Source: Paraphysomonas bandaiensis (taxonomy: Eukaryota; Protista; Chrysophyceae). Taken from it: DNA of 64,000 nt. A program made the translations under genes and the position numbers. Under the pieces are notes generated by a model, which saw only the letters and a program-made list of their open reading frames with translations, was not told the origin of the DNA and searched no databases. Shown one piece after another: positions 25,902 through 36,700 of the stretch; positions within the stretch are counted from its first letter, which is position 1; every line of letters begins with the position of its first letter. The stretch spans positions 124,001-188,000 of the forward strand of contig CBFFRP010000210.1 of the NCBI GenBank assembly GCA_965644295.1. Reading direction: 5' to 3'.

Positions 25902-26741
25902 TGTAACGCCGAGGCGTCAAACTAATCACATAACACAAAAGACCAGTGAGGTTAATATGCTACAAGGGGGGCTCTAGAGGACTGTGTGTGTATGTACAGC
26001 CTGCATCTTATCTTCGGATGAAGACATACTTCACTCTCGGATTACAAGTGCCGCTGTTTTTGCTGTATGGGCAATGGAGAGATCTGATTGGTGTACTCGA
26101 GTTATACTGTTTTGTATACTGTATGGAATACAGGCTGTATTGTCTATATGTATATGCTGTATAACGGTGCTGGAATACGGACTGTACTTGGTGGTGATGT
26201 GTTTGCAGAGTGTGTAGTGTGACACGAGGTACATAAGTACGCAATGATGCAGTTATAGGTACATGTAGGGAATATCATTATACAGATTATACAGCTGCTG
26301 TATTATGTATTACTGCTGAACGCTGATTGGCTAGTCACTGCATTTTTGGTCTGTGGCTGTTGAGTTGGTTTAAGGCTCTTCCTATAGGCCTCTACGTGAA
26401 TCTTCCAGAAGGTGAATATCTACACAAAATTGGCGAAATGTTGCTGAATTTTCTGCAGAATATTGTTCTATGTTCTCTGCTGTGTTTCTAGATAGTTCAT
26501 AGAATGTAAATGGTTCTGTATGAGTTGTTTGTGTTCTATGTGCTGTCATTATTATGTTACTAGCCTTGCCTATTAACACGTTTGAGGAGGTGTCTTCAGA
26601 TAAGTGCTTGAGGGTGCTCAGGCAGTTGCAGGGCATAGTAATAAGCATATTTATCTCTACATTAGCTATTTTCTTGTTACATTCGCACATTCATTTCATA
26701 TACATAGCTGCACCCGGTGTGATACCCCGGGTTTGGTTAAA
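25902..26741. mobile_element. Solo LTR-like insertion, 840 bp
   Basis: TGTAAC...GGTTAAA termini. 4-bp TSD CTTT at 25898-25901 and 26742-26745. Non-coding. Confidence 0.78.
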
Positions 26742-27631
26742 CTTTGTCATCTACTCTGGGACACCAATCCTTATTAAACTCCAGCATTATGGATAACATG
26801 GTTCGAAACAAATCAATAAGTTTCAACTGTTGGAAGTAAAACTGTTCGAACGTGACAGTTGTCACTTTCCTCCACTCCATAATCTTTATGTGTCTAAGAG
26901 AATCTCGTAGCTCCTCATAGAATCCCACACAATTAAAAACCCGAGTTTCCTTGGCTATTACACGTAGTAAGTCGGACAAATCCATCTCTGAAATCTCCGC
27001 ATGACCGAGATGATACACTTCTCTTAGATGATCTCTTAATTCTCCAGAGACAACCTTTTGTAGACGCACAGTGGTCTGTTCCTCTTCTTGAAAATCCAAG
27101 ATTTGTTTGACAGCTCTAGCCACTTTAGAAAGCTTTAGTTCATTGATACGAACTTTGCAAGTTCTTTCCTCACGCATTACAACAGTCTGTTGCACATTTG
27201 GAAGGTTAGCATTCTTTTTCAATTCCCTGAACAGCTTCCCAGGTTTCTTGCCTCCTAACAAAGCTTGAGTTCTAGTAGGGAATTCAGAAGCCACCTGCTG
27301 ATGTGGGCTTGCATACATATGTGTATGTGTGCAAAGCAATACCCAAGTACAGAAGTACAAAATAATGATTATTATCGTATAATGAATCATGAATAATACT
27401 GTCTACAATATCAACGGCTATTGCTAAATCCCAACAACAATCACCTTCCCTACAGTTTGTATTCCTAACTACATGGTACACGTATACAATACAGTACTGT
27501 ACTACTATTCATATAATACAGGACAAGTACACGTATATATTCTATATGTAAGTGGATGGTCCTACACTACCTCCCCTTATAATTGATGTGTTAATGTGTT
27601 ATATTGACACTCAATTCTGTAACCTTTGTTA

Positions 27632-30600
27632 TTAATCTTCTTCATCAGAAGAATAAACCACATTTCGAGGTAGTAAATTTCTTACATTTTCATCAGGATG
27701 TTGAGTTAGAAAATTTTGTAGAGCATACGTTTTTCTAACGTTAGCCCATGGTTCCCATGTAGGTTTTTCATACCCTATCCAATGTACTAGAAATTTTATT
27801 TGACTTTTCGGACCTTTAGCTCGACCTTTTATTTTTGAAATATGGTCAATAGCATAAAAGTTTCCACCATCTTTACATGCCACTTGTAAGGGGTCAATAG
27901 TAGAGGGATCGTAATTAAATTCCCTTAATTTCTTTATATGATAGTCTTTATTACGTTTAGTAACAATATCTTGAAGAGTATATTTATCTCCAATAACATT
28001 GACTACTCGCATTGGACCTTTAAGATATGGTAATAACTTACTTGCCGGTCCAGGACGTAAAGCATTTTGTCTATGCTCAACTAACACATAAGAATTTATT
28101 GGAAATTCTTTTGTTTGTATATTTGGTGCAGTTGCCATGTGGATTTCATCATGTTTGCGAAGATTTCGTCTTGCAATATCCATAATAGTGGACTGAACCT
28201 TTTGTATTCTATCTATCCAATGTGATAGCTTTTGTTCGTTTTCGTCCAAGTTCTCATTGTGTTCAATGAATAAACTTTTATCTAAATCTACTGCATTCCC
28301 AAATAGAATACTAGCGGGAGTAACGCCGGTGCTTCTATGTTTAGAAGAATTCATAATTCTTTGTACTAAAGGTAGATACATTGACCAATTATTTAGTACA
28401 TTCTTATCAAATATAATATTCCTTAAGTGCCTTAAAATTTCTTTATTAGCACGTTCAACTATAGCATTTTCTTCTTTAGAATACGCCATCGAAAATGATT
28501 GATTACTTCCAACCATTTCTATCAATGATTTTGTTAAATCATCCACAAATGCTGGTCCAAGATCCGAATGAATCTCAATAGGTGCTCCATATCTACCCAG
28601 GTGTTGAAGCAATCCCTTTGCCGCCGCCATGGCAGTGAGATTCTTAGTAGGGATTAATTCTACCCACCTAGAAAAAGAATCGATAATCACTAATATATTA
28701 GTGTATCCATCCTCATCTGGATGCAGACTCTGAATAAAATCCACTGCTATCCGTTGCATCGGGCCATATGTTGAGACAGTAAAGGGATGAGCATTAATTA
28801 TAGGTTTAATTCTACTCATCTTTTGACAACAAGGACAAGTTTTAATAAATTTTGTCACATGTGCCCCTTGCTTTGACCATTTATGACCATTGTCTTGTAA
28901 TTTTTGTATTGTACGATCAATACCATGATGACCTGTAACGTTGTTATGAAATCTTTTAATAATTTCCCATTCCTTGTTTGGAACTTTAATATCGGGAATT
29001 AGGGAAGCACATTTTGTTTGCATTTTAGATTCTAATGCACATAGTCTACTAAATGCATCAGCAACAACATTATCAGATCCTTTGATATCACATAGATCAT
29101 AATCATATGCTTGGAAACATTTCAACCATCGCTGAACTTTCTTATCCTTAGCGTAATCAGTTCTCAACTGAGTAATATTTTTATGATCTGTTTTGATCGT
29201 AAAGTATCTATACCTTAATATAGCGTAATCAGTTCTCAACTGAGTAATATTTTTATGATCTGTTTTGATCGTAAAGTATCTATACCTTAATAGGTAGTCC
29301 CATTTATCTAAGGCATAGTATATAGCATATCCTTCTTTCTGAGGTGTATCCCAATTCATCATTCTTTCATCGAATGTTTTACTGAGAAATCCTATTGGAC
29401 GTTCTACACCATCTACTACTTGGTAGAGGTATGCTCCTATTCCATAATCAGATGCATCGGTCAATAAATATATTGGTGACTCGTCATCAATGAAAAATAA
29501 TGTTGGACATTCATGGATCATCAATTTGATCTTTTCAAATGCTTCATTGGCATCCTCTGTCCATTGTAGACGTTTACGTCTATGATAGTTGAGAAGCATT
29601 TTATTTAACGGTCTCACCACTAAGGAGTGGTTGTGCACGTGATCCCGAAAATAATTTGCCAATCCAAGGAAAGATTTTAGACCCTTCATAGTTTCAGGCT
29701 TTGGGAAATTTAATACACTATCCAGACGTTCTCTAGTAAAGTGTAACCCTTCCTCATTTAGAGTATGTCCTACATATTGTACTTCGGACTCTCCTATTTT
29801 CACTTTCTCAGGATTAATGTAAACATTGTATTTCCTGAAGCGTTCTAGAACTTTAACGTAATTTTCAATTAGTTCATCTTCTGTAGAAGCATATATAATC
29901 AGGTCATCTAGATATAATTCACATATGAACATAATCAACCCGGCAAGCACAATTGTTGTTAATACTCGTTGAAAGTATGATGGAGCACCACTCAAACCCA
30001 TGGGTAGTCGGAGCCATTCGAATACTCCCCAGAAGGTTATAAATGCCGTCCACTTTCTCGAGTACTCTGAAATTTTAGCCTGGTAATAACCAGATACTAA
30101 ATCCAGAATTATGAAGTATTTGGGTTTCTTAGACCCAATACGTTCTAACATTTCTTTGATGTTAGGTATCGGCCAACGTTCCCTCTGTGTGTGCTTGTTT
30201 AGACCTTTATAGTCTACACAGAATCGCCATTTATCATTTGGTTTGGGAACTAATAATACCTGGCTATAATAAGGAGCCGTACTTGGTTGTATTATTCCAT
30301 GCTCCACAAATGTATCGATTTGCTTTTTACAAGCATACTGTCGTACTCGATCCATCTTTCGTGGCGGACCACAATGTTTTGGTTGTTCCCAGGCATCCCT
30401 ATCTACCTCTAATTCAAAAGGTGGAACATCCATTGGCATATCCGACACTGTGGTTTTAAATCTATCCTTATAGATTTCATGGATTTCTCTCACCCTCCTT
30501 TGTAAAGATTCGGGACCAGAGATTTTAGTTGGTAACGTAGCACCTTCTACTTTTTCCTGAGTATTTGTAACTATTTCTTCTGGAATTGACTCCAGATAGT

Positions 30601-31105
30601 TATCTCTAATCTCGCCTATATCTTCCTTTTCATATGCACTTATACGCATGGATGATATTGGGGGTGAATACATAGTACTAACCAAACTATTACTTGTAAG
30701 TAAATTATTATTATAACTAAGGTGTTCCTTAGCTTGGCGCCTTAATGTTTCCATGTTGTTATAACATGTGGCTCTCTCACTAATATGTTCCGAGAGAAGC
30801 TGAGTCTTCTCAGCATGGCCCGCGGCCGTAGCTAGCATTTTCCCTGCTAACTCTCTTTCCATAAAGTGAGATGGAAAATGATCAACTAATCTATATTTCT
30901 TGATAGTTTCTCTACCAATTATGATATCAAAGGTGCTATCTATTATCAAACATTGCAACTCAATATCAAGAGTATTGTTATACTCATCAGTTAATCTTAT
31001 AGTTATTATCATATATTGCTTGCTACTACAACAAGCATTATCAAGCGCACTACAAATTTTAATGTTACACTCGTGCAATGAAATATTATACCTAGCAACT
31101 AACAT
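27632..31105 (-). CDS. Gypsy pol: RT, RNase H, integrase, chromodomain
   Basis: WRFCVDY, YLDD, TDASDYGIGA, HHCC zinc finger, DDE core, GPM and FLVHWIGYEKPTWEP motifs. Confidence 0.95.
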   Translation of the reverse strand: MLVARYNISLHECNIKICSALDNACCSSKQYMIITIRLTDEYNNTLDIELQCLIIDSTFDIIIGRETIKKYRLVDHFPSHFMERELAGKMLATAAGHAEKTQLLSEHISERATCYNNMETLRRQAKEHLSYNNNLLTSNSLVSTMYSPPISSMRISAYEKEDIGEIRDNYLESIPEEIVTNTQEKVEGATLPTKISGPESLQRRVREIHEIYKDRFKTTVSDMPMDVPPFELEVDRDAWEQPKHCGPPRKMDRVRQYACKKQIDTFVEHGIIQPSTAPYYSQVLLVPKPNDKWRFCVDYKGLNKHTQRERWPIPNIKEMLERIGSKKPKYFIILDLVSGYYQAKISEYSRKWTAFITFWGVFEWLRLPMGLSGAPSYFQRVLTTIVLAGLIMFICELYLDDLIIYASTEDELIENYVKVLERFRKYNVYINPEKVKIGESEVQYVGHTLNEEGLHFTRERLDSVLNFPKPETMKGLKSFLGLANYFRDHVHNHSLVVRPLNKMLLNYHRRKRLQWTEDANEAFEKIKLMIHECPTLFFIDDESPIYLLTDASDYGIGAYLYQVVDGVERPIGFLSKTFDERMMNWDTPQKEGYAIYYALDKWDYLLRYRYFTIKTDHKNITQLRTDYAILRYRYFTIKTDHKNITQLRTDYAKDKKVQRWLKCFQAYDYDLCDIKGSDNVVADAFSRLCALESKMQTKCASLIPDIKVPNKEWEIIKRFHNNVTGHHGIDRTIQKLQDNGHKWSKQGAHVTKFIKTCPCCQKMSRIKPIINAHPFTVSTYGPMQRIAVDFIQSLHPDEDGYTNILVIIDSFSRWVELIPTKNLTAMAAAKGLLQHLGRYGAPIEIHSDLGPAFVDDLTKSLIEMVGSNQSFSMAYSKEENAIVERANKEILRHLRNIIFDKNVLNNWSMYLPLVQRIMNSSKHRSTGVTPASILFGNAVDLDKSLFIEHNENLDENEQKLSHWIDRIQKVQSTIMDIARRNLRKHDEIHMATAPNIQTKEFPINSYVLVEHRQNALRPGPASKLLPYLKGPMRVVNVIGDKYTLQDIVTKRNKDYHIKKLREFNYDPSTIDPLQVACKDGGNFYAIDHISKIKGRAKGPKSQIKFLVHWIGYEKPTWEPWANVRKTYALQNFLTQHPDENVRNLLPRNVVYSSDEED

Positions 31106-31259
31106 ATATCAGCAAGTTCTTGGTTAATGAAATTATTCCCAGTAGCCCCCGTGTCCAATAAAGCTTTAGCCCTTAGATTTTCCTTTACCTGTTGTACATT
31201 GACATCAGCTTTAGGACATACAAAGACATCGAGCATATCATTATTCATGTCAATAGCAT

Positions 31260-32540
31260 TTATATATAAACACTTAGGGCATGATAACTTACTTGTTTTC
31301 GATCTCGGAGGACCATCAGGATTCTCCACATAAGGGCAGGTACTCCAACCCATAGCCGCATATTTTTTGCCCTGTGTGGAATCTTTCCATGGCTTCTTTT
31401 CATGGTTAGCCCATGCACAGGTTTTGCGGGTGCAGTCACCTTTATGAAGATTACCGCATATCCAACATGCTTCCTTAGTATCAGTTGTTGCTTTAGTACT
31501 TGAGGATGAGCTGGAGGATGAAGTTTTTGTAGTCTTTTAGACTTGTTAGACTTAGACGTTTCTTTGGAATCCAATTTAGTTTCCATCCTCTTTACTTTTC
31601 TCACAGCTTGACTATAGTCATTGTTAAGCTCTCGCACCTTTCTACAGAATGCTCCGAAATCTTTTGGTGCAGATTGACCTTGGCCTATATCCGCTATAAA
31701 TTTCTCTTTGGCATCCTTTCTGAAGGAATGTCCGCCCACAAGTTTGATGTTTTTCTTGAGGGTTTTGACTATGGTATCCGAGGCTACCTCTGTGAGACTT
31801 GCCTCCGGAATGAGCTTATAAAGCTCATTCAGACGTCCATATTCTTTTAAGAATACTTTAGGAACATGAATATCCACCTTAACTTTTGGTCCAATGATAT
31901 TATCTATGAACCTAGGAAGAGGCTCCAATGTATCAGAGTATCGCTCCTCTTCCTCTAGAAAGGCTTGCTTTAACCACTGAATCAATTCCTCAGTAGTTAC
32001 AATGTTAGGATCTAGCCAGTCCTCGTCAGACTCATCTCCAAAATCCTGCTGTCGCTGAAACTGAAGCATATCACGCACTGTTGGTGCCATGATTTCTGAC
32101 CTTATGAATTTTGTCCCTTTAGGATCTCTTTTCGAGAGATTTTCACAAAATTCGATGATATCCTCATCTTGCACACTACCTAAGTAGGGAATAGAGTCGG
32201 TATTGATTACTTCATGTGGAGTGGATTCCGTTGCAATGACTTCATTCAAGTCAATGCGCTCACTCCTGTTGGGGTGCGGATCTCCACTCCTTTGCTTCTT
32301 TCTCTTTGGTTGAGAAGAAGAGAGCTCACGAAATGATACTCCACTCAATTCTCCTTCCGCCTCTACTGATGTTTCAGTTTGAGGAGAAGATTGCATTTGA
32401 GATGATGTTGTTGCATCTCTTGCTCGTTTTCGAGAGGATTCTCTCTCTCTTTTCGTCTTTTTAGACGAAGAACCCGAAGCAGCTAACAATTCCTCTATTT
32501 GAGGAGCTGCTTTTATTTTGCTTCTCTTACTTTCCCCCAT
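31260..32540 (-). CDS. Gypsy gag (zinc knuckle CWICGNLHKGDC out of frame)
   Basis: First ORF after the 5' LTR, basic N-terminus. The knuckle at ~31435-31470 is in a shifted frame. Confidence 0.8.
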   Translation of the reverse strand: MGESKRSKIKAAPQIEELLAASGSSSKKTKRERESSRKRARDATTSSQMQSSPQTETSVEAEGELSGVSFRELSSSQPKRKKQRSGDPHPNRSERIDLNEVIATESTPHEVINTDSIPYLGSVQDEDIIEFCENLSKRDPKGTKFIRSEIMAPTVRDMLQFQRQQDFGDESDEDWLDPNIVTTEELIQWLKQAFLEEEERYSDTLEPLPRFIDNIIGPKVKVDIHVPKVFLKEYGRLNELYKLIPEASLTEVASDTIVKTLKKNIKLVGGHSFRKDAKEKFIADIGQGQSAPKDFGAFCRKVRELNNDYSQAVRKVKRMETKLDSKETSKSNKSKRLQKLHPPAHPQVLKQQLILRKHVGYAVIFIKVTAPAKPVHGLTMKRSHGKIPHRAKNMRLWVGVPALMWRILMVLRDRKQVSYHALSVYI

Positions 32541-33756
32541 AATATTGTTATATCACAGAGATTGAGTACTACTTATTAAGTAATATTACTGTGGGCTTGC
32601 ATACATATGTGTATGTGTGCAAAGCAATACCCAAGTACAGAAGTACAAAATAATGATTATTATCGTATAATGAATCATGAATAATACTGTCTACAATATC
32701 AACGGCTATTGCTAAATCCCAACAACAATCACCTTCCCTACAGTTTGTATTCCTAACTACATGGTACACGTATACAATACAGTACTGTACTACTAATCAT
32801 ATAATACAGGACAAGTACACGTATATATTCTATATGTAAGTGGATGGTCCTACACTGATCACCATCCTCCTCAGCATTGCCATTTGACTGAGCAGTAGAA
32901 GTATCTTCCTCCTTCAACAGTTCTCTTACAGACTCATCCCGCCAAGGAGTGCGATAGTGCTCCGCTAAATTATGCAGAGTAGAGTATCTCCTAGTATCAC
33001 GTTTCTTTACCGGTTTCGGCAACGTGTCAGGAACTGTAGGTGTTCCTTTCGTAACTGTTTCATCTGCCCCTGGGATATTTTGATCTTCCCTTAAAATCGT
33101 GGGGCTCTGCGCTCTAGAGCCGACAGGTGTACCTCTACGTGAGGCCCGCTCTTCGAGTCGCGTGACTCTGAATGTTAAGTCATCTATTCTCGTATCGAAT
33201 TTCCTTTCCAAGGCATCGAAACGTGAGAGAATGATCTCGAGCATTGAAGGCTCTAAATCATCCTTAACACTGCCTTCAGAACCAGAGTGGCTCTTAGGGC
33301 TACTCCTACCAACGGGAGTTTGCATCTTCCACCTTTTAGCTGCTGTTACACTCTTTAGTTTATATTCCCTCACAGTGTTTATATACTGCGTCTTATGACG
33401 CAGCCTCGTTTGACAACTCAACTGACACCTCACAGTTTGGTTTGATAACCAAGACTATGGCTCGTGATAACGCTAACTACTATCACTGTATAGGAATCAA
33501 GAAAATGAGACCAAAGAAGTGATATTATTACAGGTAAACTTTTGTTTTAATCAACTATACTCGAGTGACTGACTCCCGCGAAGAATCAGCACGCAAACAC
33601 CACCGCTAGTGATGTCAGGTCGCTAGTACCCAAGTAAGGTTAACATAAACAATAACTGAGTCACAACAGAAACATAAAGTATGAAGACAACCGTAGAGCT
33701 GCACACACACAACGTCATCCATGTCACACTGTGTTGCAACACACAACCACAACGCA

Positions 33757-36700
33757 CGTAGAGAAATAAGAGGATGCTCTTTTCAGTTTAGCACTTGAAG
33801 TGACTGTATAAGATATGCATAGAGCACATAGAGGTGCATGGTGTTATGTTATGCAGTGTTTTGTGTACGGCTGTAGACTAGAAGTATAATTTTCTCTTAC
33901 TAACGAGTTCTGTAGTAACTGCGAAGAGAACCTTGCTTTTGACTACCTGTAGTGTAGACTGTGTGAAAAGGCAACGGGGGTATTCCGTCCGTTTATTGAT
34001 CTGTAGCATCCGTGACTTCCGACCGAGTACCGTGTTTTTTCTCTGCGTAAGAGAAAATTATGAAGAAAATGACAAAAGAGAGATATCCCAGATATCCAAG
34101 ATCTGGAAGAAGACAAGAGTCTGACAGTTATGACGCAGTGCCAATGCTAAGATATGGCGCAAAATGTAATCTGCCTATTTTCAAGCAGAAATTGGTGGCC
34201 GAAGCCATGGTGAGGTACGGAGACCTTGCACGACGCTATAAAACTATTAGACGAATATCAAGAGTTCAACGCAACGAAAGATCCACTATCGCTATGGCTT
34301 GCAATAAAAAAGACACACAAGGTGGCGACAAGCTCCAATGTGGGAGCAGTAATGAAAGCGGAGACAAGGCGCAAAATACCAAGAAGTTCGGCAAGGAACT
34401 TTCGAAAGCATCGTGACATACAAGGAGAAATTTGATTATTTACTGGATGCATACAAAGAAATGGACAACGCCAAAAAGTCCGACACCGATGTGGCGATGG
34501 ACTTCTTTAACGGACTAGACGACCACAAAGAATCCAAAAGGGGGCAGAAGAATCCACGGCACAGAGAACAACGGAGGAAACCCCTGATATGTTGGGGGTG
34601 CGGCGAGCCAGGGCACCGACTCAATGAATGCCCTGACAACCAAGACGCAGATGAGAGAAACTGTGCGGTGACCCTAAAGAACGCATTCACATCCGGAGGC
34701 CACCCATTCAGGTGGTACGAGGTACTGCTAGATAATCAGGCGGACGTATCAGTGGTTCACCCTGCATTACTGCACAATATAAGGCCGGCGACCAGGAAAT
34801 GTACCGTGGCAGGACTCTCAGGGCACGCTATGGAGTTACCAAATGTAGGAGATCTGGATCAATTCTTTCCCTGCACAACGGCTGATCATTTACGTGCGAG
34901 TGTGCTATGTCAATCAGATGTGGAGGATATGTACGATGTAACATATGTGCAAGGCAAATCGTATACTGTGCATTTACCTGGTAGAGACCTGGTATTCGCA
35001 AGAAGGAACAAAATGTACGTGGCTGATATGCGAGACTGGGCCACTGGAAACGTACATGTCACAACAGTAGCTGACATGGAAGCGAGGCACTCGAAGGCCG
35101 AAGTGGCTCGAGCACGAGAGGCATGGGACCTAGTCAAGACCTCGGGATTTGACTCTGAGAAAGACGCAATCAACTTAGTCAGTGATGGCAACATAACAGG
35201 ACTGAAACTCACCGCAAGTGACGTACGGAGAGCATTCGAGATATATGGAATCCCATACGAGTCAGTGCGCGGGAAGCACACTCACAAAAAAACGGGGCGC
35301 CAGTACGTAGACACCGCACTGAAATCGGAGATGCAGCGAGAGCAGAGGCTCTACTCAGACATTTTCAGCGTGCGACAGCAGTCCTTTCTTCTCACGATGG
35401 CGGAGCCACTGGGAGTGTCAGTAGTCTCTGCAATACAGAATGAGACAACAGAAGCATTAGGACTCGCACTTCAGGAACACGTTAATCTGCTACGGAGCTA
35501 CGGGTATGTGCCGACCATCGCTTACCTCGACCCACAACCTGGCTTCAAACCACTCCGAGGGCAGATTACAGGGGTGGAGATAGGCGTCGCGGGAGCAGGC
35601 GATCACCTCGACAAAATTGACTCAAAAATACGACGCCTGAAAGAGATGATCAGGAGCATCCATGCAGGACTACCGTGGGATTTACCTGACGCCAATGTGA
35701 AAGATCTGGTACGGTATGCAAACAGCAGGATGAATCTAAGAAGGCCATCCACCAATGGATCAACGGTAGCGCCGCGAGTGGCATTGACAGGGATCAAACG
35801 GAATTTCAAGAAGGAGCTGGCTCTCGCATTCGGTGACTACGTGGAGTGCTACGACCCGAAGGTCAAGAGCAACGACGCAGAGCAGGACCGGACAGAGCCG
35901 TGCATAGCCTTGTATCCTGCAGGCAATGCAAACGGCAGCTGGATTTTCCTGAATCTGAAGACAAACAGATATGTCAGCAGAACAAATTGGAGGAAGATGA
36001 TAACCACGCAGTTGGTGATAGACGCAGTGAACAAGACCGCACAACTAAATCGAAAAAATGCAAGGCACTCACCAGCTATCGCGGACCAACCGGACCAGTG
36101 CGGAGAAGCGCAAGACGACACCACAGAGGGTGGGAATGCAACTGCGACAACAGAGCATGAGAGCAATACCACAGAGATGAGCGAAGACGCACCTGCTACA
36201 AACAATTCGGAATCTGTGGGACAAATGGGCGAGGAAGAGAGCCCGACGACTACCGGCAGTGACGCCCCTAATGAAATAAATACAGAAGACATAACAGGGG
36301 TGGTACACAACACAATGAGCTCACCGTCACTAACAGAAGGAAGGAGAGCAGCTGGTGCTATACGGAAACCAGTGATGTACCGTGCCTATCACACAAGCAT
36401 TACACATGGGTTGAAGGAACACGGTAAGGAGGCATACCTAGCTATAGTGCGGGAGCTGAAACAGTTGCTGCACGACAAGAAGGCCATAGCCCCAGTGCAT
36501 CGGAGTGAGCTGTCAACGACCCAGATCAAAAGGGCGATTCGGTCATTGATGTTTCGAAAAAATCAAGGCCAGACTGGTTGCAAATGGCGCGCAGCAGGAC
36601 AGAAAGCTGTACACCGATACATCGTCGCCTACAGTAGCGATGCAATCAGTATTTGCATGTCTAGCAATAGCAGCGAAAGAGAGACGACATATTTCAACAG

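Larger units (their letters stand above)
27302..32854 (-). mobile_element. Full-length Ty3/Gypsy chromovirus-type element
   Basis: 265-bp LTRs at 27302-27566 and 32590-32854 (1 mismatch seen), TG..CA termini, TSD CTGA, PPT AAGGGGAGGTAG. Gag 31260-32540, protease LLDTGA, pol 27632-31105. Confidence 0.97.
25512..33325 (-). mobile_element. Interrupted retrotransposon gag (~470 aa when reconstructed), split by two nested insertions
   Basis: Segments 33325-32855, 27297-26742 and 25897-25512 join in frame (EDGDQ|QVA and RVDDK|EYGLIRLF) once the insertions and one TSD copy are removed. Confidence 0.8.

Noticed and set aside
33440-33480. TGGTTATCA motifs here and at ~39679-39687 (minus strand) as tRNA PBS
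   Set aside because: Not adjacent to a definable LTR end and cannot be matched to a tRNA without the tRNA set.
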